A stretch of 64,000 nucleotides of DNA from an uncultured Bacillales bacterium (lineage in GTDB: Bacteria; Bacillota_I; Bacilli_A; RF39; UBA660). Of the stretch, positions 30,458 through 38,992 are shown in pieces (the first letter of the stretch is position 1; each line of letters starts with the position of its first letter). Under the pieces are notes generated by a model. It worked only from the letters and a program-made list of their open reading frames with translations. It was not told where the DNA came from and did no database searches. Made by a program: the position numbers and the translations under genes. The stretch spans positions 5,007 through 69,006 of the forward strand of contig CAMKAT010000003.1 of the NCBI GenBank assembly GCA_946410555.1, read 5' to 3'.

Positions 30458-31459
30458 TTATTTTTTAATTACTACAATTAAAAGATAAGCTAAACCAATC
30501 ATTCCAGCTACGCTTCCAACAATTTTAGCAACTTTAATAATTGTTGCTTTAGTATCAGCTTTAGCCTTTTTATTAATGTTTAATTTGTAAGTAGTAGATT
30601 CACCTTCATAAGTTACTACTACTTCAATTTTATTCATTCCTTCAACTAATTTATCAGAACTAATTTTTACTGTTGCATTTTCTTTATATGGTTTATAACT
30701 AAATTCTAAATTTGTAATATCTGAAGTTATTTCAATGTTATATTCAGTTTTATCACTATTAAAATCAAATTTAACACCTTTGATTGTTAATGATGCAAGT
30801 TTTGTATTTGAATCAGTTCTTGGGCTTGGTGCTAAAGTTGTAGTTTCATCTGTTACTGGTTCAGTAGCTTCTGTTGTAGGTTCTTCGGTTGGAGTACCAG
30901 TTGTTGGTTCTTCTCTAGGATTTTGAGCTTGAGTTGTACCTTGAGTTGGTTGTGTACCAGCTGGAGCTGTAGTTCCTTGAGTTGGTCTTTGAGTTGCTTG
31001 TGTTGGTTTAGTAGTCGCTTGAGTTGGATTACTAACTGCAATATTCTTTGATATTGTACCAGCATTAACTGTGTTATATTGACCACTTGAATTTATAGAA
31101 ACAAATTTAGCATCATTAACTTTAAAAGTCATTGTTCCTGCTTGAGTTGCTTTAATAACATAAGTTACAAATGTAACTCCATTAGGATCTTCTTCGTTTA
31201 TACATGTAAATTCACTATTAGTAACTGCCCCAGTTCCTAATTGAATACAAGATCCTACTGTAAAACTTTGAACTGTACCATTGTCAACATGAATTTTCCC
31301 TTCGCCACCACCAATTTTATTAGCTGAAGCTTTAACAGAGCATTTTGTTGTACCTCCAACTGTTAACGAATAAGATGTACAACTGATATCCATAGAATCA
31401 GCTTTTGCACTAATTGGAATAAGTATAAGTGCTAGTATAATAAGTATTTTTTTCTTCAT
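30458..31459 (-). CDS. Membrane-anchored surface protein: signal peptide, beta-sandwich module (candidate cohesin-like), Thr/Pro/Gln linker, cadherin-like beta-sandwich, C-terminal TM; candidate scaffold/receptor
   Basis: ADSMDISCTSYSLTVGGTTKCSVKASANKIGGGEGKIHVDNGTVQSFTVGS...GVTFVTYVIKATQAGTMTFKVNDAKFVSINSSGQY; linker TQATTKPTQATQRPTQGTT...; LASLTIKGVKFDFNSDKTEYNIEITSDITNLEFSYKPYKENATVKISSDKLVEGMNKIEVVVTYEGESTTYKLNI (cadherin-like, PF12733 pattern); TM VAGMIGLAYLLIVVIKK. Confidence 0.8.
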   Translation of the reverse strand: MKKKILIILALILIPISAKADSMDISCTSYSLTVGGTTKCSVKASANKIGGGEGKIHVDNGTVQSFTVGSCIQLGTGAVTNSEFTCINEEDPNGVTFVTYVIKATQAGTMTFKVNDAKFVSINSSGQYNTVNAGTISKNIAVSNPTQATTKPTQATQRPTQGTTAPAGTQPTQGTTQAQNPREEPTTGTPTEEPTTEATEPVTDETTTLAPSPRTDSNTKLASLTIKGVKFDFNSDKTEYNIEITSDITNLEFSYKPYKENATVKISSDKLVEGMNKIEVVVTYEGESTTYKLNINKKAKADTKATIIKVAKIVGSVAGMIGLAYLLIVVIKK

Positions 31460-31469
31460 AATGTTCTCC

Positions 31470-34400
31470 TTAATCTAAATTAGTTGTTTTTCCTTTGTAA
31501 TAATTATATAATCTCGACACATCACCGAGAGTTACTGAACTAGATCCCGTTATTTTTGCAGCTTCTAGTTGTTCAACATTAAGTGTTGTTTTCTTTTTGT
31601 AGTAGTTATAAACCTTAGAAACATCACTTAAATTAATAACTCCATCGCTTGTTACATCACCTTTTAGAATAATCTTCAAAGCGTACGATCCACTCTTAAG
31701 AGTATAACCTGTTCCTATGTACACGTTCGATGTTACCTCGTTATTATTTAAATTATACAACAAAATTGAGTTAGATGAAACAATATTATTCAATAATGTA
31801 TCTCTATTTAGCATTTTACTTGTTGGTTTTGCCTTAATATATTTGCTTGTCACTTGGTATTTAGTTGATTTTATAGAATCTAGATTACCATAATCATGTT
31901 CTTTTAAATACGAAACAACTTTATCTGCGATAGCTATAAATCCATAGTTACCAGGATGTGTCTCTCCACCACCAGCTTGAAGTATTTTTCTCATTCCAAC
32001 ATTTGTAATATATTTATCTCCAACGAATGAAGTATTTCTATTACATGAACTTGGTGTTACTCCTCTGAAAGGTTTCTTAGTAACTCCTCTATAAACACCT
32101 GAGTAATCAATTAACTCAATTCCAGTTGCTTCAGTAGCAGCTTGAATAGCAGCAATATTTTGTGAGTAATTATACCAACCAAATAAATAATATATTTTTG
32201 TTTCAGGGAATTCTTCTTTTACTCTATTAATTAAATAGGTAATATCAGTTTGGAATGTTATTCTTCTAGCAGCTGAATTAACATTATCTCCAAGTTCCAA
32301 GAATATTGTTTTAACTGGATTTGGTCCTTTATTATTCTTAATAGCATTAATAAACTTTTCAGCTTCAGCATTTCTTTCTTCAGAAGTTTCATATCCTTCC
32401 CAAGGGTTAGCTGTATATTTAACTGTTGTTAAATTAGGATTCATACTCTTTAAGTATTGCATTACATAATAGTAATAATCATCTTGAGTTGTTGTTGATG
32501 CCATACCATGTGTATCAAAACCTCTTAATAATGAATTTCCTAAGAATACAACTGTTTGATCATCAATCGAACGATGTGCATCATCAGATACTGTTCCTTC
32601 GAGTTCAACATCTAACATAATATTTGATATTGTATTACCACTCATATTAACACCATCTACTAAATGATAATGTTTTTGTGCATCCATATATCTATATTTA
32701 GCACCAGTAACAGTTACACTACTTGCATTAGATAACGATTTAACTTGATATGTAGTATTTTCATTAATATAAGCTTCATCATGAAGTGCATAGAATGTTT
32801 TATGATCACCATATACTACTGGTCTATAATAAATCAAATCTACATATTTTATTATCTCACTACCAACTTGTTCATTAGCAGCATCAACGAATGCTTTAAT
32901 TGAAGATGGTCCAAATATTCTCAATTGATATAAACCATTGAAATTATTAATTGGATTATTCGTAGAATCAAATGCGAAATCTACATTTTGTATTACTAAA
33001 CATTCTAATCTTGTACTATTGTATAAAGCTTCAACTCCTAGAGATACCGTTTTTTCTCCTAGGATAACTGTTTCAAGATGAGTACATCCTCTTAACATCT
33101 TATTAGGTACATTTACTACATTATTTGATAATACAAATAATTTCATTACCTTACAATTAGCAAATGCAGCTTCTCCGATAGTTTCAACACTATCAGGTAT
33201 AACCATATCAGTCATTAAAAGGAAAGTGAATGCATAACTTCCAATTGTTTTAACTTTATTTCCTTTGAACACTACTTTCTTAATGTTTGGTGCACTTGTA
33301 GAAGACGATGTTGCATTTCCTAAATATCCAGGAATATTTGTAACTTCAGGTCCAAATGTTAATGTAGCACCTGTTGCCCAAACACCTGCATTTCTAAATG
33401 CAGCGTTTCCACCAGTCATATTCTTTAAATTTTTAGAATTAATTACTATATCATTAATGTATTTAAGATCATTAAATGCATACTTACCAATCTTAGTAAC
33501 ATCTTCTCCGATTACTATCTTATGAATATAATTTGAATAACTACTCCATGGTGGAAGTGAATCTACTGTATAATCAGCCATATCACCAGAACCTGAGATT
33601 GTAAGTGTATGATTATTTAAGTTCAGTGACCAAGATGTACTTCCTGATGTACCACTCTTAGTACCAGTCGGATCACTTAAACCATCATATGCATAGAATT
33701 CATTATCTTTTAACCAATTCGTATCATATTTAAGTTGTGTACTATAAGGAATAGCTCCAACTGTCCAGTTAGTTGCTTCAGATGAACTTATTCTTCCTAA
33801 GTTTCTTGAAGTATAATTATAGAATCTATTATTTCTTACTGTTGGTATTGATTCTTCATAACCTGCAGTTAAATGTAACATCCAAATACCAACATCATTA
33901 CCTTTATTATCTTTTAATACTCCGGTAGTATCAAAAATATTATTTTCAATTAAGAATTCACCATTCATTGCAAGTTTATTATGGGCTGTTTCATGTCCAC
34001 CATCCCAAGCTTTTATTAATGCTTCATAACCATGTTCAGGTCTTGTTTCGGTGAATCCCATACCTGCGAATCTCATTATGTTATTTCTAAAATAAATTTT
34101 ATTTAAATATGTTCTATCTATACTTTTTAACCATTCACTTGTTATGGTTTCTGGTTTATTAACATCATTCCAATATTCAATGTTATAACTTGCATATTCA
34201 ATTACGTTATTATTAAAATCTACCTTTTCAACTGCTGAACTACCATCAGCTGCTGCAGTATATTGAAAAGTTAATCCAGCATCATATACTTCATAGATAT
34301 ATGAGTTTTCTACAACATAGCCTTCATCAACACTATAGTTATTTTTTGATGTAACACTTCCATATATTTCAACCGCATTACCTAATCTTAATGCCCAGTG

Positions 34401-35375
34401 ACCTTCAGCGTCATATTTTTGCACCATACCACCAATGTAAGACAATTCACAGTTTGATACTTTTAAGTTAGCAGTAGTTCCTGAATTAACACCATGACGA
34501 CCAGCATGTCTTATATCCAAGTTATCTACAACTAAATTAGTAATGCCTGCAGCATATATTCCACTGGTACCAACATTAAATTCAATTTCATCAAATCTAC
34601 TTGCTGGATTAGTGGCAGAATATACATATAAAGCACCACCAGTAGCAGAATTACCATTAGGATGTCCATAATGCATAAACTCTAAATCATGTTTTAAATA
34701 ATTACTAATATCCGCTTCTGTCTCTACGATATCATCATTAATTAATTTTTTTTGAGATATTTTATATTTTCTATCTCCCATGGTAGTAGTTCTATCACAA
34801 TTATTATTACCAGATTTACAGAAAAACCAAATTTCTCCGATATCTTTCTTAAATACTTGATCACTACCATCAACTGTATATTTCCAAATATTATTTTTAA
34901 CTTTTACCCATTCGCCAGTTTTTGTTCCATCATATGTTGACACATTAATGATTGGCTTAGCTTTTTTAGTATCACCATAAGAACCTAATGTTATGTTATT
35001 TTTTGAAACTGTTAATTGACCTCTGAATTCATCTCCCCTACGGAATAGAATAGTATCGCCTGCTGCTAAACCAGTTCCATTTATCAATTTTTGAACTCTA
35101 GAAAGTGTTTTAAAAGGTTTGTCTTCTGATTTACCATTATTAGTATCATCACCATCAGCTGATACATAGAAAACTTGACCAGTTCTTTTAGATATATCAG
35201 TATTACCTGTTGCTCTTATTTCTTTAATTCTTTGTTTAGTTAGATTAGTAACTTCAGTTTGAAGTGCAGTTTCCGAAAAAGTGTAACCAATAAAGAATGA
35301 GAGACTAAAAGCTATAATTGCACACACCATTACAATTAATACTTTTTTGTTTCTCATATATCTCATCTTGATCAC
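31470..35375 (-). CDS. Giant secreted multidomain protein 3 (same architecture)
   Basis: VFYVSADGDDTNNGKSEDKPFKTLSRV; TLTISGSGDMADY; TVVFLGNSLLRGF...FLELGDNVN...ETHPGNYGF; GDVTSDGVINLSDVSKVYNYYKKK. Confidence 0.85.
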   Translation of the reverse strand: MIKMRYMRNKKVLIVMVCAIIAFSLSFFIGYTFSETALQTEVTNLTKQRIKEIRATGNTDISKRTGQVFYVSADGDDTNNGKSEDKPFKTLSRVQKLINGTGLAAGDTILFRRGDEFRGQLTVSKNNITLGSYGDTKKAKPIINVSTYDGTKTGEWVKVKNNIWKYTVDGSDQVFKKDIGEIWFFCKSGNNNCDRTTTMGDRKYKISQKKLINDDIVETEADISNYLKHDLEFMHYGHPNGNSATGGALYVYSATNPASRFDEIEFNVGTSGIYAAGITNLVVDNLDIRHAGRHGVNSGTTANLKVSNCELSYIGGMVQKYDAEGHWALRLGNAVEIYGSVTSKNNYSVDEGYVVENSYIYEVYDAGLTFQYTAAADGSSAVEKVDFNNNVIEYASYNIEYWNDVNKPETITSEWLKSIDRTYLNKIYFRNNIMRFAGMGFTETRPEHGYEALIKAWDGGHETAHNKLAMNGEFLIENNIFDTTGVLKDNKGNDVGIWMLHLTAGYEESIPTVRNNRFYNYTSRNLGRISSSEATNWTVGAIPYSTQLKYDTNWLKDNEFYAYDGLSDPTGTKSGTSGSTSWSLNLNNHTLTISGSGDMADYTVDSLPPWSSYSNYIHKIVIGEDVTKIGKYAFNDLKYINDIVINSKNLKNMTGGNAAFRNAGVWATGATLTFGPEVTNIPGYLGNATSSSTSAPNIKKVVFKGNKVKTIGSYAFTFLLMTDMVIPDSVETIGEAAFANCKVMKLFVLSNNVVNVPNKMLRGCTHLETVILGEKTVSLGVEALYNSTRLECLVIQNVDFAFDSTNNPINNFNGLYQLRIFGPSSIKAFVDAANEQVGSEIIKYVDLIYYRPVVYGDHKTFYALHDEAYINENTTYQVKSLSNASSVTVTGAKYRYMDAQKHYHLVDGVNMSGNTISNIMLDVELEGTVSDDAHRSIDDQTVVFLGNSLLRGFDTHGMASTTTQDDYYYYVMQYLKSMNPNLTTVKYTANPWEGYETSEERNAEAEKFINAIKNNKGPNPVKTIFLELGDNVNSAARRITFQTDITYLINRVKEEFPETKIYYLFGWYNYSQNIAAIQAATEATGIELIDYSGVYRGVTKKPFRGVTPSSCNRNTSFVGDKYITNVGMRKILQAGGGETHPGNYGFIAIADKVVSYLKEHDYGNLDSIKSTKYQVTSKYIKAKPTSKMLNRDTLLNNIVSSNSILLYNLNNNEVTSNVYIGTGYTLKSGSYALKIILKGDVTSDGVINLSDVSKVYNYYKKKTTLNVEQLEAAKITGSSSVTLGDVSRLYNYYKGKTTNLD
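31473..31661 (-). other. Dockerin-like C-terminal module of giant protein 3
   Basis: GDVTSDGVINLSDVSKVYNYYKKKTTLNVEQLEAAKITGSSSVTLGDVSRLYNYYKGKTTNLD. Confidence 0.8.
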
Positions 35376-35402
35376 TACTTCCTATTGTTAATTAAAGTAT
35401 AA

Positions 35403-35438
35403 CAAAAAACAATAAAAAATGGAACTATAAAGTTCCAT
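35403..35438 (-). terminator. Intrinsic terminator of ABC permease gene
   Basis: minus strand: AATGGAACTTTATAGTTCCATTTTTTATTG. Confidence 0.8.
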
Positions 35439-38071
35439 TAAATATTATCATTTCTAATTGTTTCTATGATATTTTGATTTTTACACTTATTAACCGAGTA
35501 ATTCATTATTATAGAAATAAGCAAAAATACTCCGATTGAAGATATAATTATAGGCTTAACAGGAATTGAATAAGTTATTATTCCTTGGTTAAATGATTTA
35601 TATACTATATATGAAAGTCCAATACCTAAAGGTATACCAAATAATAATGATTTAATACCAATAAATAAACTTTCTAAACGAATCATATTATTGAATTCTT
35701 TCTTAGTCATACCAATTGACTTTAACATTGCAAATTCTTGTCTTCTTAAATTTATGTTAGAAGTAATTGTATTAAAGATATTAGTAATACCAATTAATGT
35801 AATTACAGTAATAAATCCATAAAGGAATATACCAATAAGTAATACTACATTTTGCATTTCTCTTACATTTTCATCTTTATTACTTAAAGTAAATTCTTCA
35901 CCCTTAAGAATATTTTCTAATTCATCTTGAGTTTTGATAGCATCACTTGATTGAATATTTATATTGATTGAAGTACTTCTAATGTTTTCATCTTTAAATA
36001 ATTCTTTCTTAAAGATATTCTTTTCAGCAGTTTTATTAATAAACATATAGTTTGTTCCTACTTCACTACCAACAAATCCAAATGGAAGTGTTTCTGTGAT
36101 TGTACCAATTTTTAAATCTACAACTTTACCTTTGATAGTATCTCCAGCTTTATAGTTAAAGGTATCTATTTTCTTTTTATTATTAGTAGTTTTACTATAG
36201 TTATAACACATTACTTTATTAACAAATACTCCAGCTTTATCATAATCTTTTGAAGATTCACCAAGACTATTCAAATAATCATTAAATGATTCGTCATCTA
36301 AAACTATTACATCAATATATGGTTCATAATATTGGTAATCATCACCTTTGAATTTTTTAAATTCTTCATTTACTTTTCCTTTTACAATATCAGTATCAAC
36401 ATCAAAATATACTGTATATTCTAGAGATAACTTTTCTACTCCAGTTACATTTTTTAAATCTAAATATTTTTTATATGTTTCATCAGTAGGATTAGTAATT
36501 GAAACATCAATATTATGATCACTTGCATTTACTTCTTCTTTAACAGAATCAATAGCTATCCCCATGAAGTATGATAATGCAATAAATACTGAAGTTGAAA
36601 TAACTATAGAAACAACTGTAGTTCTAAATTTTCTTTTATTTCTCTTCATGTTTTTAAAACTGATTTCTCCACCAATTTTAAAGATTTTAGAAATAATCTT
36701 AGGGCATTTAAGACTTCTTTTCTTTATCTTAATGTTACCACTGTTTCTTATTGATTCGATTGGAGATACCCTGGATGCTTTAAATGCACTTTTTAGAGCT
36801 GATAAATAAATAGTTATCATTCCTAAAATAATAGAAACCAATATTGCTAACCAAGATATAGAGAATCTTAATACTAAATCTTCACTATAAGAATTAGATA
36901 GTAATTTATTTGAAATAATCATTAAAATAAATGATGCAAATAATCCTAAGAATACTCCTAATGGAATACCAATGATTCCTAAGATTGATGCTTCATATAA
37001 TACATTCTTTCTTATTTGTCTCTTAGTAGATCCAATACTTCTTAACATACCATATTGTTTTATTTTTTCTGTAATAGAAATATCAAAACTATTCTTAATA
37101 CAGAATACAGAACATACAACAATTATTATTAATACAATAGCTACAACTCTTGAAAGGTCTCCCATAGCAGATCCTTGGATTGGATTTTTTTGAAGTCCAA
37201 TTAAATATTGATTAATATCAAATTTTGTATATTTCATGTTAGATTCTACTCTATCAAATATTTTTTCTGCTTCTTCAGTAGATATATCCGAAAATTTTCC
37301 ATTAATATATCTATCGAAGTCTTTTCTATCTACACCTTCAATATCAGCAAAGATATTGTAAGCATCTTTCATTTTATCTCTTTTAATAGTTAAATAAGCT
37401 GTTACTGAATCATTCTCATTAAATTCTTTTTTATAAGTAATAAAAGTATAACCAGGAGCTGAGTATGGCTCTATTGATGAAGATACTCTTCCTCCGATAC
37501 CAACAATTGTGTATTCTTTTTTTACTGTATCAACTAGTTCTTCACCTTCATGATCATATGGGTTGTTTTGGGTTAATTCTTCTGAGCCAGCCATTCTTTT
37601 ACCAACATTTAAAGTTATTTTATCTCCGATGTTTAATGACACTCTTCCGTTTGTACGAAGATGAGTTGGAATTACGACTTCAGAATCATTTTCTGGAAGT
37701 CTTCCTTCTTTAAGTTTAATTGGAAGTGTATTAAGTGCATCTTTATTAAGTGCAGTAATCGCAGCATATGGTTTATCTTTATTTTGAGATTTAATATCTG
37801 CATAACCGATAAGTTTTGATTCACTTACTTTTTCAACTGATTCATTTAGTTTCATTCTATCTATATCTGATTTAGTTACATCTCTAAATAAATAGTGATA
37901 GTTACCTGTTATTTTTATTTCATAATCTTCGATGGATTTTAAACCACTCATGTAAACTGTAGATACTGCAGTTAAAAGAGCAATAGATAAAATAATACCA
38001 ATGATAGTTACAATAGTTCTTTTCTTATTCAGTTTAAGATTTTTAATAGTTAATTTATTAAGTAAGTCCAT
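35438..38071 (-). CDS. FtsX-like ABC transporter permease (MacB/Vex type)
   Basis: Two FtsX-like blocks with TM triplets (KQYGMLRSIGSTKRQIRKNVLYEASILGIIGIPLG; FAMLKSIGMTKKEFNNMIRLESLFIGIKSLLFGIPLG). Confidence 0.92.
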   Translation of the reverse strand: MDLLNKLTIKNLKLNKKRTIVTIIGIILSIALLTAVSTVYMSGLKSIEDYEIKITGNYHYLFRDVTKSDIDRMKLNESVEKVSESKLIGYADIKSQNKDKPYAAITALNKDALNTLPIKLKEGRLPENDSEVVIPTHLRTNGRVSLNIGDKITLNVGKRMAGSEELTQNNPYDHEGEELVDTVKKEYTIVGIGGRVSSSIEPYSAPGYTFITYKKEFNENDSVTAYLTIKRDKMKDAYNIFADIEGVDRKDFDRYINGKFSDISTEEAEKIFDRVESNMKYTKFDINQYLIGLQKNPIQGSAMGDLSRVVAIVLIIIVVCSVFCIKNSFDISITEKIKQYGMLRSIGSTKRQIRKNVLYEASILGIIGIPLGVFLGLFASFILMIISNKLLSNSYSEDLVLRFSISWLAILVSIILGMITIYLSALKSAFKASRVSPIESIRNSGNIKIKKRSLKCPKIISKIFKIGGEISFKNMKRNKRKFRTTVVSIVISTSVFIALSYFMGIAIDSVKEEVNASDHNIDVSITNPTDETYKKYLDLKNVTGVEKLSLEYTVYFDVDTDIVKGKVNEEFKKFKGDDYQYYEPYIDVIVLDDESFNDYLNSLGESSKDYDKAGVFVNKVMCYNYSKTTNNKKKIDTFNYKAGDTIKGKVVDLKIGTITETLPFGFVGSEVGTNYMFINKTAEKNIFKKELFKDENIRSTSININIQSSDAIKTQDELENILKGEEFTLSNKDENVREMQNVVLLIGIFLYGFITVITLIGITNIFNTITSNINLRRQEFAMLKSIGMTKKEFNNMIRLESLFIGIKSLLFGIPLGIGLSYIVYKSFNQGIITYSIPVKPIIISSIGVFLLISIIMNYSVNKCKNQNIIETIRNDNI

Positions 38072-38073
38072 AA

Positions 38074-38745
38074 TTAAACCTCCTTAACAATATGTCCATC
38101 TTCGATTTTTATTATTCTATCTGCAACTTTAGCAATTTCCATATTATGAGTAATCATAATAATTGTTTGTTTGTAATCTTTGTTAGATTTTTTAAGTAAA
38201 GCTACAATTTCATCACTAGATTTAGAATCTAGGTTACCAGTTGGTTCATCTGCAAGTACGATTGTTGGATGAGTAATAAGTGCTCTACCTATTGAAACTC
38301 TTTGTTGTTGTCCACCAGATAATTCATTTGGTAAATGTTTCTTTCTTCTTTCTAAACCTAGAAGTTTAATTAAATCTTCAAGTTCTTCTTTATCTACTTT
38401 TCTATTATCTAATGATAATGGTAAAGTAATGTTTTCTTCAGCATTAAGAATAGGAATTAAATTATAAAATTGATAAATTAATCCTACTTGTCTTCTTCTG
38501 AAAATTGCTAATTTTTCATCATTTAAATTAAATATATCTTCACCATTAATATATACTTTTCCAGAAGTAGGTCTATCTACTCCTCCAAGAATATGAAGTA
38601 ATGTTGATTTACCAGAACCAGATGCACCAACAATTGCAACAAACTCTCCTTTATTTACCTTAAAACTGACATCATCAAGTGCTCTTACTTCAGTTGATCC
38701 TTTTCCATAAACTTTAGTTAAATTTTCTACCTTTAATATTTCCAT
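38074..38745 (-). CDS. ABC transporter ATP-binding protein (LolD/MacB family)
   Basis: GASGSGKSTLLHILGG, ELSGGQQQRVSIGRAL, VLADEPTGNLD. Confidence 0.96.
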   Translation of the reverse strand: MEILKVENLTKVYGKGSTEVRALDDVSFKVNKGEFVAIVGASGSGKSTLLHILGGVDRPTSGKVYINGEDIFNLNDEKLAIFRRRQVGLIYQFYNLIPILNAEENITLPLSLDNRKVDKEELEDLIKLLGLERRKKHLPNELSGGQQQRVSIGRALITHPTIVLADEPTGNLDSKSSDEIVALLKKSNKDYKQTIIMITHNMEIAKVADRIIKIEDGHIVKEV

Positions 38746-38764
38746 AATTATTCACCTTTCATTA

Positions 38765-38902
38765 TTATATATTAGTTTCCATAATATTTATATCATTATT
38801 AATATCTTTAGCTGCCTCTTTTTCTAAAACTACATAAAGACCTGCTAAAGATGAGAACACCATAACACATACTGCTGTATAAGTGATTATAAACTTTTTC
38901 AT
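38765..38902 (-). CDS. Small single-TM protein (45 aa), not in ORF track
   Basis: MKKFIITYTAVCVMVFSSLAGLYVVLEKEAAKDINNDINIMETNI*; strong SD (GTAAAAAGGAGGAAAAAGTATG). Confidence 0.7.
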   Translation of the reverse strand: MKKFIITYTAVCVMVFSSLAGLYVVLEKEAAKDINNDINIMETNI

Positions 38903-38957
38903 ACTTTTTCCTCCTTTTTACAACTCCATTATATGAATCTAAAGTTACAAGTAAGTT

Positions 38958-38992
38958 ACAAAATAAAAAAAGTTGTAAATTTTTAATATTTA
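38958..38992 (-). terminator. Intrinsic terminator
   Basis: minus strand: AGTTGTAAATATTAAAAATTTACAACTTTTTTTATT. Confidence 0.7.

Noticed and set aside
30853-31086. ORF of 77 aa (LKRLLNQHKQLKDQLKELQLQLVHNQLK...) looking like a coiled coil
   Set aside because: Shifted reading frame of the repetitive Thr/Pro/Gln linker in 30458..31459.
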